Positions 10,581 to 24,260 of a stretch of 64,000 nt of DNA are shown here, in pieces. The position numbers and the translations under genes were made by a program. Source of the stretch: Octopus sinensis (Eukaryota); the NCBI RefSeq assembly GCF_006345805.1, contig NC_043009.1:61008001-61072000 (forward strand), in the 5' to 3' direction. The notes beneath the pieces were generated by a model. It ran no database searches and was not told the DNA's origin. It saw nothing but the letters and a program-made list of their open reading frames with translations. Positions within the stretch are counted from its first letter, which is position 1. Every line of letters starts with the position of its first letter.

Positions 10581-11761
10581 AATATGATATAAATATTTGA
10601 AAGCAAAACTTCAAGCAATGCTGGTGAAACATTAGACAAAATACTTTCGTTAATGTCGATACCTGAAAACAAAGACAATATGGTATTGTGTTACCTGATC
10701 TACATTGTTTAATGATCTTAAAATAGTATAGGATCATTAAATAACTATGTAAGGTAACACAATATCTTCTACCTTTGTTTCCACTTTTTTGACGTACCTG
10801 TGTATGTTTTGTCTAAATTCTCACCTGCATTGCTCGTAGGTTTTTCAAAACATTGACATCAATTACACACACCATACACTGCAATGTTTCATGCAAATTA
10901 GAATATTCTTTGATGTGTGTGTTTGTGTGTGTGTGTGTGTGTGTGTTTGTGTATTTGTGTGTATGTGTGTGAGTGTATATATATATATACATATCAAAGA
11001 GTAGTTTAACTTGCATGTATGTATATACATATATATATATATATATATATGAACAGTAAGAGGGTATAAGAAATAAAGGTAAAAGGAGAGGGAAAGAAAG
11101 ACGATAAATCTCCAACGTAGTCTTTTGCTATGGGGCAAATTATGTGTGTGTGTGTGTGTGTGTGCATGCATATTGAAATATATAATCGTTTTTTATATAT
11201 ATACATGTATATATATATAGTAATAGGTTAGTATGATCCAAAGATCCTGGTATTTGAAATAAGTAAGCCTCTGGCATGTATATTCAATATGCCTACACCA
11301 CCTTTATATATAGGTGAGGGTTTGTTTTTTTTACGTGACATAGTTATTTGCTTTTAGCTGAAATTCCTTTATTTTTAATCTTATTATCTTATTTTACTGT
11401 TTCATTTCTCATTTTTTTCATCTTCGTTTATTTATGCTTTTTTTTTAAATATTTTTGCCGCCTAAATTCTATACATGACATCTATTTCTCCTTGTTTAGT
11501 TTACTACCCCTGTGTTAAGGATGCTCCAATAATTTATCTGTGTTAGTTGTCAAAAATTATTGGTCAACTTAATGCACAATTGGTTTCGTTGTCTGTTATC
11601 ACCCTAATACCAATGTGCAAAGGAATTTCATTGCCCTTCCTTAGACTCTCATTCTCTTTAGTTCTTTCTACCTCACCGACCCCTCTATGTATCGTCCTTG
11701 TTTGATTAAATGACATCTATAAATATGCTTGCCTTGTTTCTTTTTGGGGTGACTTACCTAC

Positions 11762-12172
11762 AAACATATGGACACTAAAGAAAGCTGACCAGAAGAGAAT
11801 TAATGCATTCGAGCTTTGGTGTTGGAGAAGACTTTTACGGATTCCATGGACAGCAAGGCTCACCAATGGAGAAATTCTTAACCAGATCAAGCCGAAAGTG
11901 TCACTAGAAGCTAGGATCACCAAGCATAGATTGACATATTTTGGTCATATTATGCGGAGAAAATTCGTGGAGAAGGACATCATGCTCGGAATGGTCAGTG
12001 GCAAGAGAGGAAGAGGCCGATCAAGAACCCGCTGGCTTGACACCATCAAGAGTAACACAGGAATGGATATAGCCAATCTGAAAGAAGCATCCTAGGATAG
12101 AACTGGCTGGAGGACACTGATCCATCGAGTAACCGAGAGTCGACTTCAACTGAGCGGATAGATAGATAGATA
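11762..12172 (+). mobile_element. RTE-clade (BovB-like) LINE 3' end
   Basis: WTLKKADQKRINAFELWCWRRLLRIPWTAR..N.EIL..I....SLEARI.KHRLTYFGHIMR....EKDIMLG...GKRGRGR.R.RWLD, one in-frame stop, (GATA)n tail. Confidence 0.9.
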
Positions 12173-12484
12173 CCTACAAACATTTAATTTCATTGGTCAT
12201 CTGATTTTGATTTTGTCTTTTTTTTCTCAACTCACCATTTTTGCTGTGACTAAACTGATGAATCATTTACTCACCCCCATGTGACAATGTAGGCAACTTG
12301 AAGGCAATGGAACCTGAAGATTAGCCAAGAAGCTTTTATGTGTGTTACAAGTTATGTAACAAACATTGTTTCAGCTATGAAACATTTGTAGTCTTTATTT
12401 ACCTTTTCCATTCCATACATTCTCAGATTTCTTTGTTAGTGCTATTACATGGCAGTGAAACATGGACGCTGAAAAAGAAATTTT

Positions 12485-12905
12485 CTGGCTGTGTGGTGAG
12501 TAGCTTGCTCACGAACCGCATGGTTCCAGGTTCAGTCCCACAGCGTGGCACCTTGGGCAAGTGTCTTCTAGTATAGTCTCGGGTCAACCAAAGCCTTGTG
12601 AGTGGATTTGGTAGACAGAAACTGAAAGAAGCCCGTCATATATATGTATGTGTGTGTATATGTTTGTGTGTCTGTGTTTGTCCCCCCCCAACATTGCTTG
12701 ATAACCGAAGGCAGTGATGATGGACCGAGAAGGGAGGCAGCTGGACCAGGAACCATTTGGTTCGGAAGCAAATTTCTTACCAGCCAGCCATGCCTATACC
12801 TATGACTACATAAATATAAAGAAAAAAATGAGTACTGGGGTTGCTTAGTTTGACTAAAATCCCTCAAGGCAGTGCCCCAGCATGGCCACAATCTAATGAC
12901 TGAAA
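12485..12905 (+). mobile_element. SINE family A with an internal inverted SINE-head fragment
   Basis: Family A body; 12745-12800 is a reverse-complement head fragment. Confidence 0.7.
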
Positions 12906-13002
12906 ACAACAAAATATATATATATATGATAAAGGGTAAAATTATGTGGTGAAGCAAATTTTGCTGAACCCTAATTATAATTATATTTATAATTATAGAA
13001 TT

Positions 13003-13033
<31 letters not shown>

Positions 13034-14977
13034 ATGTGTATATACATATATATCACACATGCACACACACATATGTGCGCACACACACACACACACATGT
13101 ATGCACACACACACACACACACACGTGCACACACACACGTGCACACACACACGTATGCATGCGCACACACACACACACACACGTATGCATGTGCACACAC
13201 ACACACACAAGCTCTTCTTCACAGGGTGAAGTGCCGGAACAGCCAGCCACTCTCATGAGCTTCATCTCTGATTTTCTGCTGAGATGATGGTATCCTAACA
13301 ATGACGAATGTTCGTTTATTTGTCTGAATAATTACCAGAAAAGAACGACACTTACCAACAATCTATTATTGATTACTTCTTGTAGAAAACTTTTTAATAA
13401 TATTTTACAAAAATGCACAATATATATAGGGTTAGGCAGAAGCAACGATGTGTAGCTTCTTGCTGGTGCAAAACCACCACAGGTTCTTATAAAGCCTATC
13501 ATCATATGCTTCCATGGTAACTAGCACCATAGTGACAGCTTCATTCTTCAACTGTCTCCATAACATCTCCACTGCCATTCATATTTATTGTTATTGCTAC
13601 AACTCTCTCTACATATACAGAAAATGCTTCAGCCCTGGGAAACTATCTGTCTAGTATGATAGCATGATAAATGCACTTAGTTCATACTCTAGAGTGATTT
13701 TCAGACAGGGAGCAGAGGTGTAGCCTGGTTCTAAAATTAGGGGAAGCAAGCAATTAAAAAAAAAAAAGGCACCAATTTTTAACACATTTCTCTTATATTA
13801 CACCAAATATTTCATTTGTTATAATATGCATAAATGTATTTTACATTCATTATTTTCAAGTTTCAGTGAAAGTTACAACTACTGATATTAGTAACTAACG
13901 AGTTTTTAAAAAATTGTTGAAGAGGCACCAATTTTGAAAAATGTGCTTGGAGGAAGGGATCGTTTCCCTAGCTCCCCTTTTTAGGGGATGCACTGTCATC
14001 GTTATCATCGTCATCTTTGATGTTGTCGTCATCATTGTCATCATCATCATCATCATCATCATTTAATGTCCCCTTTTCCATGTTTGCATAGAGCAGAGGG
14101 AATTTGTTGATCAAATTTTCTACAGGCAGATGCCCTACCTATGAAAAACCCTCATCTATTTCCCGAGCAAGATAATATTTCCCCATGGCTAGACATGTTT
14201 TCCACAGAAGACAGGAAACTAACAACATTGCTTGTATAATGGTAATGCTTACTTACAACCATGGGTACACTCAAACATACATATAAACATATATGCATAT
14301 ATATGTGATGGGCTTCTTTCAGTTTCCATCTACCAAATCCACTCACAAGACTTTGGGTGACCCAGTGCCATAACAGAAGACACTTGCCCAAGGTGTCGCA
14401 CTGTGGGACTGAATCCAAGATCGCATAGTAGGGAAATAATCTTCTTGACTACACAGGCATGCCTGCACCTGTCCAACTGTGAAATACTCCAAGACATGAG
14501 TCATAAATATATTTGAATAATACAAAAAGATCTATGCTCCCATGTTTATAATTATTGGCTGTAGTTCTTTAGTTAATGACGGAATAAATAGCAAATTGTT
14601 TTAAGGTAAAAACACCTGTTTATGTGTACAATCCATCGACCATCACCAAATGGTGTTGAAAACGGGTACCCACCCACCACCAGAAATTCATCTCTTGTTA
14701 GAAAACCAACATCAACCTCTGCATCCACCATCAATTAAATGTGTGCAAAATATAAGATGGAAACAAGCCTCAGCTAGACTCCTTTTGGGCAGGAAATTTT
14801 TTAGCATGGGTAAAATGTTTTATTGGCAGAGAAAAAGATAAAGTAACTGAAATAGTTAGTGTGTAGTAAAATAATTAAGCTTAAAGTGGTTATAGATAAT
14901 CTGACAACAATACTAATATTTATATGTGTGCTACAAACAGCACATGTAAATGGAGAAAAGGAATTCTTTTATAAGTA

Positions 14978-15260
14978 CCATAAATCCTTGAGTATAATCC
15001 ACATTTTAAAATCCCTAGTGCGTTTTATACACAAGGTTAAAAATGAAAAATATTTTCTAAGCAATGTCTGAGTCTCTATTTGCTGTCCGGAAATCTTTAT
15101 TCAGACGTATTTTGTGATGCCAGGTGCGAAAATACCTTAAGCTAAGCCTGAAAGCAATGAAGTCATAAAAGAATCATCCATAACTTTAAATAAGCAGCAT
15201 TTATTTAACGTTATTACTGTTATTTCTTTATTTTCTGCAAACAAAATGCACAAAAAGGCT
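14978..15260 (+). mobile_element. pogo/Tigger-like non-autonomous element, partial
   Basis: ta|ccataaatccttgagtataatcc start; homologous to 39347-39849. Confidence 0.65.
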
Positions 15261-15299
15261 ACAGAATAATATATGAGAAAGAAAAATCTCCCAAAACTG

Positions 15300-15720
15300 T
15301 AATTTGAATGACCTAATCATTTTTAACTTCAGAAAACTGGTCATTAACCTAGTCACCAACCAATCAGGTGAATGGTCAAGCCAAATAACCTTTGTAACTT
15401 CGTAATCCCCAGGAAAAGGCATAAACTTATGGTTGTGTATTCTGAGTGTTTTCTTAGTGAAGTATATACCACTCAACATAGACTAGTGATTAGTGATGTT
15501 AGTATAATAGTTAGATGGATCTAGAGATTCAGAGACACAAAACAATTCTGGAGAAGGATAGCATAGTGGCTGCAAGTTTTTTTAAGTTCTGAGGAGTAAT
15601 AGCTGATGCATATAATGAGAGAAAGAGCAATAGATTTATAACATAGAAGACAACTGGAATTTCTTCAAGACAGCCTGCAGAAGGCAACAGACTAGGTCTG
15701 TGGCTCATAATTTCTTGCCA
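15300..15720 (+). mobile_element. RTE LINE AP-endonuclease remnant
   Basis: RKLVINLVTNQSGEWSSQI resembles the RTE motif HLVTYxSG..SQIDY. Confidence 0.5.
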
Positions 15721-15721
15721 A

Positions 15722-15998
15722 ATGGAGGCTGACATTTCGTTTTGGGATTTGGTTTGCAAGATTCTTTATATGAGTTCGTGTGTTGAAACATATTCTGTTG
15801 TGTCTGGGGAGAGTCATTTTCTTTTTGTGCCTTATAATTCAACACACTCACCAGTAAAATTTCCACTTTTTTCTTATTTTTTGCAAGATGCAACGAAAAT
15901 TTTAGGACAATAAAAATAAGAAAAAAGTGGAAATCTTACCAGTGAGTGTGTTACATAATAAGGCACTAAAAGAAATTGACTCTCCCCAGACACAACAG
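15722..15998. mobile_element. Long-TIR fold-back element, copy 2
   Basis: Arms about 15796-15870 and 15910-15998; homologous to 9007-9253. Confidence 0.65.
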
Positions 15999-16739
15999 GA
16001 AGATGACATGATGATGGAATAATATTGTAAGTAGAGCCATGAAAACTATGAGTTAGATCTGGGAAAACCAAAGCAAAAAATTGTACCAAATAACTAAAAA
16101 AAAAATCTAAACATAAAAGTAAGAAAAGCAAGAAGAGGAGATGAAAGCAAGTTTTCACTTGTTTTGCAATGTAAGGACCAAGGTGTGCAGTGCTTTGGAT
16201 TGCAAGGCAGTGCACCTGGGTAGATTATATCATCAAGGAGAGAAATGTGTATAGGATGAATGCACTTGCTCTTGCTAATGTAGTAATGTAAAAGGCACAG
16301 AAATGCCATTGGGAAAGATTGTTGGAAGTGAAGATTGTAAAGAAAGTGAAAGTAAAAGGACCAACTCTAAGGAGATCTAACAGAAAATTCAGCTTCTTGT
16401 AATCAGTCTTTACTGTATCTCTTGTCATCTTCTGTTGTTCTCTTCTTCTGGTTCTACACTCTTTGAGCACAGCACACAAGGCATTTTGTTTACAGCTATC
16501 ATTCTCCACATGCATTAACTGCCAGTTCTTCTACATTTCTCCGTCCGGGTTGTGGATCCGTGATATAAGCTGCCGGACGAGATGGTGAAGATGCTGACGA
16601 CCGCTCGGTTCAAAGTCTCCTTTGACCACAAGTGGCCTGAACTCTTTACATGAACACCACCCTGTACATAACTCCATGACCCCCTACATGGCCTTGCTTT
16701 TTGCTTTTTGAGCCAAATTAACTAACTAACTAACTAACA

Positions 16740-17700
16740 TTTGATTCTTGCATGCTATATCTGATTCCTCTGACACCCATTTTTCTCTCATCTCATTCGT
16801 ACACTGTTATTGGCGCACAGACTCACTGCAGTTTTTCAAGCTTTTGCACACAGCTTATGCTTCCATGGCTCACATCTTGTGACCCTGCAGCACTGCATTT
16901 TGTACACAAGCATCATATATTTTAATCTTCGCTCTCAGAGAGAAACCCTTTATTACCAGTAGAGGTAACAACTCTTTGAATTCCCCTATTCTGCTAACAG
17001 TTCCACTATATCACATGTGTATCTACAGTTTACATTAGATATATCATATGGAATTTCCATCTATTCCCTTATTTTACATATTGATCATGGCCATTTTCCT
17101 ACTTATAGCCACCATTGACTTTTTGCTTAGTTTACTTTGAGGTCTTTCGATTCTAGTGTTGATTTCATGTCTGGAATTTCTTCTCTAAATCTTCAGCTAT
17201 GAGAACTAGGTCACCAGCATGCAAGAGTTCCTACAGACAACTGGAAGATGGCTTTGGTAGTACTTTTACCTGGCATAAAGCCAAAGCACTTCTCATCCAA
17301 GCTAATTCTGGTCCTAAACAATTGTGCTTTTGCTCTTTCCACAGCTTCCAGAACTTGGTCTAATAATGACTGGATGTTGCAGTAGTTACCTTCCCCAAGT
17401 ACATTGCATATAATCTTGTTGCTGTTGATGATGGTAGTGTTATGCTAGTCATTGGGTATGATACATTCCTGTACCACCTGATTGATTTTGTGAGTGACCT
17501 ACTTCCCCAGATGTTTTCAGCATTTCACTGACTCTGTATGATCATCCAATTGTATCCCCTGCCTTCCTAAACTGGGCTTGCAACCAGACTATTGTCAATT
17601 TCAGTGGCTGATTCTTTTGTTGGGTCTATTTCAGGTACAACTTCTGTTTCCTATGCAGTCTCTCCTCACAAAAACATTTCATAATAGCATTTCCTTTTAG
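16740..17700 (-). mobile_element. Degenerate RTE LINE reverse-transcriptase region
   Basis: Minus-strand GFMPGKSTTKAIFQL (about 17290-17245) and FKELLPLLVIKGFSLRAKIKIYDACV (about 16985-16905). Confidence 0.75.
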
Positions 17701-17714
17701 TACAGTGAGGGCAA

Positions 17715-17925
17715 GTGTGCTGTTAACCTTCTTATTTCTTTATTGCTCACAAGGGGCTAAACATAGAGGGGGACAAACAAGGACAGACAAAGGGATTGAG
17801 TCGATTAGATCGACCCCAGTGCGTAACTGGTACTTAATTTATCGACCCCGAAAGGGATGAAAGGCAAAGTCAATCTTGGCGAAATTTGAACTCAGAACAT
17901 AACGTCAGATGAAATACCGCTAAGG
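17715..17925 (-). mobile_element. SINE family B
   Basis: Reverse complement of the family B body and tail (gcccttgtgagcaataaagaaat). Confidence 0.8.
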
Positions 17926-18479
17926 GCAAATGTGCTGTTAACCTTCTATCCACACTTCTCCCTAATGACATCTGGATTTTCTTTCACATGCAACCTTGCA
18001 ATCCAGAATATTCCACTCTTCTGATCTTCATATTACCAAACAGACGCAAGCCTCTTACTTTCAGCTTCTCCTTCTACTAAATATACTTGACCTTATACTT
18101 ATCTTCTAGATATATACTTTGCTCTTTCCTATGCATTTTTTTTTCAGGTTTGTCTCTTAACTTTTGACTCTGTCTACAGTGTTGCACTGTTACCTTCTCT
18201 TTGGCCTCTGATCCTATCCGTAGCCTTTGGCAGGTTGTCTTACAAGAACTACCAGTTGTTCTCAATGTCTCCATCTATTCATCCTTTCTATTTTCCTCTT
18301 TTAGTAAGTAAAGAAGGCAGTATCTATGAGGTTGCTGTAGGGCTAGTGAGACTGGAGGGAGGGAGGGAGGGAAGGAAGCATTCTCAAAGCAGGAACCTGA
18401 CCTGAAAGCTTGCCACAGAATGGATTCTGTTAAAGGCACCAAAGATGTGCAGGTACCAGGTGGTGGTATTAAACCAGGT

Positions 18480-18720
18480 GAAGGCGGCGAGCTGGCAGAA
18501 ACGTTAGCACGTCAGGCGAAATGCTTTGAGGTATTTCGTTTGCCATTACGTTCTGAGTTCAAATTCCGCCGAGGTCGACTTTACCTTTCATCCTTTCAGG
18601 GTCAATAAATTAAGCACCAGTTACGCACTGGGGTCGATGTAATTGACTTAATACCTATGTCTGTCCTTGTTTGTTCCCTCTATGTTTAGCCCCTTGTGGG
18701 TAATAAAGAAATAGGTATTA
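18480..18720 (+). mobile_element. SINE family B (full length)
   Basis: gaaggcggcgagctggcagaaacgttagc...gagttcaaattccgccgagg...ggtaataaagaaatagg. Confidence 0.85.
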
Positions 18721-18999
18721 AACCAGGTGACAAGTCTACCACCCAAGTAAGCTGCAGCAGGATTTGAACTCAGAATGTGAAGGACTGGCACAAATATTGC
18801 AACTCATTCACTCTGATATTCTTTGAGCCCCTCTAATTCCCTACCTGGTTTTTTTATCGAATCCAAAAGAATGAAAGGCAAAGTTAACCTTAGTGGGATT
18901 TGAACTCAGAACATAATGAGTCAGAACAAATGCCGCAAAGTGTTCTGTCTGAATCTCTAATGACATTTCCAATGCACTAATTATTATTTCTTTGAACTT

Positions 19000-19430
19000 G
19001 CAACTCATAGCTGTCCCCTTTCAGCTTCCATACCTTCTTTCATCAGATTGTCTTGTGTCTTTAAGTCTGCCTGGCTCTTACCTGAAAAATCCCTAACTAC
19101 TGTTCTGTCTTGTTAGCTGGTAGATTATTCACCAGGAAGAGATTTAGTATTCCCGATTGTTCCATTTCTTGGTGAATATATAGCTTATCTAGCCTGTCTG
19201 CTCACCTGATTGGTCTGTGATTAAGTGTCTTGCTGTTTTCCTGAAATTTACACCAGTGAACAGTAAGAACCTAGTTTGCCCTTCATATTCTGTACTATAA
19301 GGATAGCTTTTATGTGTGTCAGGGAATCCATCGTGTTGTAGCTCAGCATTTCCATTAAAATTGCCAATTCTGATAATGAAGCCATTATCATTCATAAGCA
19401 AAGTAGCCCACAAAACGATTTTCTAAAAAT
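19000..19430 (-). mobile_element. RTE LINE AP-endonuclease remnant
   Basis: NDNGFIIRIGNFNGN (GDFN motif) and NFRKTARHLITDQSG. Confidence 0.7.
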
Positions 19431-19504
19431 CAGTACTTTTCTTCATTTGACAGACTATTGTACATAGACACAGACAATTGCCACTGTCCTACTGTGCGTT
19501 CTTA

Positions 19505-20704
19505 TGAGGTGGTATCAAAAATTTCATGGACTAGTTCTGTAGAGTGCCAACAGATGGCAGCATACAGTTGCGTGCAGTGAGAGCTAGCAGTAACCTTCAT
19601 GAGGTGGTGTACTAAGTGACATTGCTGTATTTACTTTGCAAGTTGTAAAATTTGTGTTTTTGTAATCAGGTGCAAGCTGTAGTCTGTGGTGTTTGTCATG
19701 GAGAGGAGGTTGAGAGAAAGTGAAGTTTTGCGCTAAAGTTGGCAAGTCTGCTACAGAGACATGGAGCATGCTTTGGCAATGGGCCATATGCAAGGTTTTT
19801 GAGTGGCATGAGTGCTTCAAAAGTAGAATGTCCCTGGAAAACAGTGAGCAATCTAGAAGACCTGCCATGACCATCACCCCTGGAAATGTGGAGGAAATTC
19901 ATCAGTTTATGCATGAGGATTATCAGAGGACAATCAGTGATGTTTTGAAACGTTTGAGGGAGGACATTCGGTGAAAGCAACTGAATCTGTGGAGCATGAA
20001 GAATTGGATTCTTGGAGGCACATGGCCTAGTGGTTAGAGCAGCGGACTCGCAGTCAAAGGATCACGGGTTCAAATCTCAGACCGGGTGATCTGTGTATTT
20101 ATGAGTGAAACACCTAAGCTCCATGCGGCTCCAGCAGCAGGTAATGGTAAACTTCTGCTGACTCTTTCGCCACAACTTTCTCTCATTCTTTCCTCTTGCA
20201 TCTTACCTGCGATAGACCGGCATCCCATCCAGGTGGGGAACTGATACGCCAAGGAAACCAGGAAATTGGCCCTTATGAACCAGGCATGACTAGAGAAGGA
20301 ACAAACAACAAAAACAATTGGATTCTTCATGACAACAATGCACCCTGTTACTGATTTCTCCTTACTCATGAGTTTCTCACCACCAGCAACATGGTATTGC
20401 TTCTGCACCCACCCTTTCCACCAGATTTAGCAGCTACAGACTTCCATCGCTTCCCCAAGATAAAAAGGCAGCTCAAAGATCGCATTTTAACACCATAGTT
20501 GAGATCAAGAGTAAATTGCAGAAGGTCTTTGACTTGCTTACAGAAAACAACTTCCAGGCTGGATTCCAAAAGTTGCAGGAATGCTGGAATCGGTGTATTG
20601 CTATGCAAGGTGACCATTTCAAAGGAGAAGATGTTAAAACTTAGATAAATAAGATATTTTTTATTAAATATATCTAGTCCGGCAAACCTTTTGATACCAC
20701 TTTG
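19505..20704 (+). mobile_element. Degenerate mariner transposon interrupted by a SINE
   Basis: TA-flanked imperfect TIRs (gtggtatcaaaa...ggactag); MKFCAKVGKSATETWSML, KVFEWH..FK, HDNNAP and HPPFPPDLA (YSPDLAP-like). Confidence 0.85.
20014..20315 (+). mobile_element. tRNA-derived SINE (family C head) with 12-bp TSD
   Basis: TSD aattggattctt at 20002-20013 and 20316-20327. Confidence 0.9.
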
Positions 20705-20794
20705 TAAGTTTAAGCCTAATTTCTTTTTATCACACATTCTGGATACTTTATCCTTTTCTCTGTTTGTATCTACATCATTTTCTACTATATATAT

Positions 20795-21190
20795 ACTCTT
20801 TTACTCTTTTACTCTTTTACTTGTTTCAGTCATTTGACTGCGGCCATGCTGGAACACCGCCTTTAATCGAGCAACTCGACCCCGGGACTTATTCTTTGTA
20901 AGCCCAGTACTTATTCTATCGGTCTCTTTTGCCGACAGGGACTTAAACACACCAGCATCGGTTATCAAGCAATGCTAGAGGGACAAACGCAGACACATGA
21001 ACATATACACACACATACATATATATATACATATATACGACAGGCTTCTTTCAGTTTCCGTCTACCAAATCCACTCACAAGGCTTTGGTCGGCCTGAGGC
21101 TATAGCAGAAGACACTTGCCCAAGATGCCACGCAGTGGGACTGAACCCGGAACCATGTGGTTGGTTAGCAAGCTACTTACCACACAGCAT
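20795..21190 (-). mobile_element. SINE family A
   Basis: Reverse-complement homology to 7291-7710. Confidence 0.85.
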
Positions 21191-21827
21191 ACATGTATAA
21201 TATATACTTGTTTCTGGTAGATTTGTTCAAAGAATTTACTGGCATCTTTTTGCTGCCAATAAAAAAGACTGCGCTCACGTGGTGGATTTGAAAAAAATTA
21301 AAATGTATAAGCAATGAGGTACATGCTGGATTGGCCTCATTGTTTACATATTTAATCTTTGGCGTCCCTGTTGATGAAGACTTCGCCTGGTAAATTATTT
21401 TATTTACTAAAATAAATCATAAACCATTGGTCCAGGAAAGAGATGGTAAATGTTTTTATTTTTCATTCCCTTCGAGAATTTATCCCTAATTAGTGGTTTG
21501 GTCTTTAGCTGTTCTTTCTAGCGTCAAGGATTCCTATGATGGATACCTCTTAATGTTTTTAAAGGTACACTGTATTTTATATGAATAATATATAGTCTAT
21601 TGAATAATTTTTCTATATGCTAGGCCACAGGTAGTAAAAATTTCTAAAATCTTTATTACCCTGATATTATTAATTATATATACTTGTATATATATATAGG
21701 TCTGTACACCTGTGTACTTTCACCCAAGCATGTAACCCATTTGTTATGTGCATAGCAAGCAATGTATATGCACTCCTATGCAAATACAACAATCATGCAT
21801 ACATATGCATGGTCATATATGTATATG

Positions 21828-21874
<47 letters not shown>

Positions 21875-21952
21875 ATAAATATTAGGGAATAAATCCAAAT
21901 TTACAGGGAAAAAAATCAGATTTATGATTAAATCGATTTTATAGTAAAATAT

Positions 21953-22129
21953 TATAAAATATTATTCGAGACAAAACCACTATTTTGCAAAACAAACAAG
22001 GAAAGACTTAATCAATACATAAAATTTTAATAAATAGTCAATTGACTATTTATTAAAATTTTATGTATTTTATGTATTGATTAAGTCTTTCCTTGTTTGT
22101 TTTGCAAAATAGTGGTTTTGTCTCGAATA

Positions 22130-22139
<10 letters not shown>
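21953..22139. repeat. Spacerless ~90-bp-arm palindrome between (TA)n tracts
   Basis: Centre gtcaa|ttgac at 22041/22042; the right arm has an extra tatgtattt. Confidence 0.85.
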
Positions 22140-22205
<66 letters not shown>

Positions 22206-22207
<2 letters not shown>

Positions 22208-22500
22208 AGGTGCAATGGCCCAGTGGTTAGGGCAGCGAACTCGCGGTCGTAGGATCGCAGTTTCGATTCCCAGACCGGGCGTTGTGAGTGTTTATTGAGT
22301 GAAAACACCTAAAAGCTCCACGAGGCTCCGGCAGGGGGTGGTGATCCCTGCTGTACTCTTTCACCACTCTTTCTCCCACTCTTTCCTCTGTTGGCCTGCT
22401 TGCTTAGCCAGTGGGGTGGCGTCATCCGAAGGCTAAAACAATGCGAACGCATTGTGACCAGCGATGTGTTACTGCATCTGATGGACTGGTCGGTCACGTA
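22206..22500 (+). mobile_element. SINE family C
   Basis: ggaggtgcaatggcccagtggttaggg...gtttcgattccc; matches 623-916. Confidence 0.85.
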
Positions 22501-23849
22501 CCAGTTTCTAAACAAGATCCAAGGCTCCTTCATTGGAATTTCAACATCAACAACAGGATATTTGTGTTTGTTTGAAAGTATATCTGTATGTATGTATGTG
22601 CAGATTTGTATGTTTTATGTATGTATTCTCATGCATATAGTTGCATATCTAAACATGCTCATATATATTTAAATGATAAACTTCTGCAAAGTTTTACAGA
22701 TATGATGTATGTATGTATGTATGTATGTATGTGTGTATGTATGTGTATGTGTGCATACATACATGCATACATGTAAATAATATTTATGTACATGCATGCA
22801 TATACATATATGCATATATAATGTGTATGTATATATACGTGTGTGTGTGCTCGCAACATGTTTCTATACTTGCATATGATCCCTTAATGTGTGAATGCAT
22901 GCGCATACATACTCTTACATATTAAACATTCACACATACATGTGTGCACTTAAATGCAAAGTATGTAACTCTCAGTGTGTCTGTATCTAGATAAGTGTTT
23001 TCTCTCTGCATACTTTATGCACATTTTTTTCTTTTGTTTTATGAAAGTTCTTCAATATGAAACCATTACTCATATCCACTCCCCCCGACCACTACCTCCA
23101 CTTATACACGTGCACCCAACAACAAAAAACATCTGCTTTTCAGTGAAACGCGATGTTCATCACACCCCACCACAAACCCTCTCTCACAATAAAACTACTT
23201 TATTAACCAGCCACTTACCTCACTACAGCAACACACCATTCAATCATTCTATTGATCTTCAAAAAATAATTAAGTTAATAATTTTTATTCTGCCACACCT
23301 TGAATTCCATCTGGCATAAGAGGCATTTTTTTTCTTTCTCTCATTCCTATTAATAGCCAAATTACCATTCTTAGTTACCCACCACAAAACTGGCTCAAAA
23401 ACCTAATTTATCTATTTATTTCTTTTCCATGACCAAAAATTTGTCATCTAAGATAATACCCACCTCCATACATCACAAATACACATACAAACATACACTA
23501 ACAAATACAAACAAATTATAGAACACACACACATTTAAGGAATGCCCCTATTCCATAGCACACCCAACCCTATCATCTCCAAGACAAAACCCACCACCTA
23601 TTAATACACCATCTATCTTTCAATCCTTCACCTGTCTAAAGATTGGCCATATGGGACAAAAGCACACATTATTGTGAAACATTGAACCTTCCAATTTCTT
23701 TTAATTTAACCCTCTAGCATTTAAACTGGCCATGTCTAACCCAAATGTTCTGCATATGTTTATGATCAAACTGGCCAGATCTCACCTCTCACACTTACCT
23801 TACACGATGTCATTCTAAAATTTTATTATTACATCATGGAGATACTCTC

Positions 23850-24260
23850 TCTCTCTCTCTCTTTTTACTTGTTTCAGCCATTTAACTGCAGCCATACTGG
23901 AGCACCACCTTTAGTCGAGCAAAAAATCGTCCCCAGGACTTATTCTTTGGAAGCCTAGTACTTATTCTATCGGTCTCTTATGCCGAACTGCTAAATTACG
24001 GGGATGTAAACACACCAGCATCGGTTGTCAAGTGACACACAAACACACACAGACACACAAACACACATGCACATATATATACATATACATATATACGACG
24101 GGCTTCTTTTCAGTTTCCGTCTACCAAATCCACTCACAAGGCTTTGGTTGGCCTGAGGCTATAGTAGAAGACACTTGCCCAAGGTGCCACACAGTGGTAC
24201 TGAACCCGGAGCCATGCATTTGGTAAGCAAGCTACTTACCACACAGCCACTCCTGCGCCT
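23850..24260 (-). mobile_element. SINE family A
   Basis: Reverse-complement homology to 7291-7710. Confidence 0.85.
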
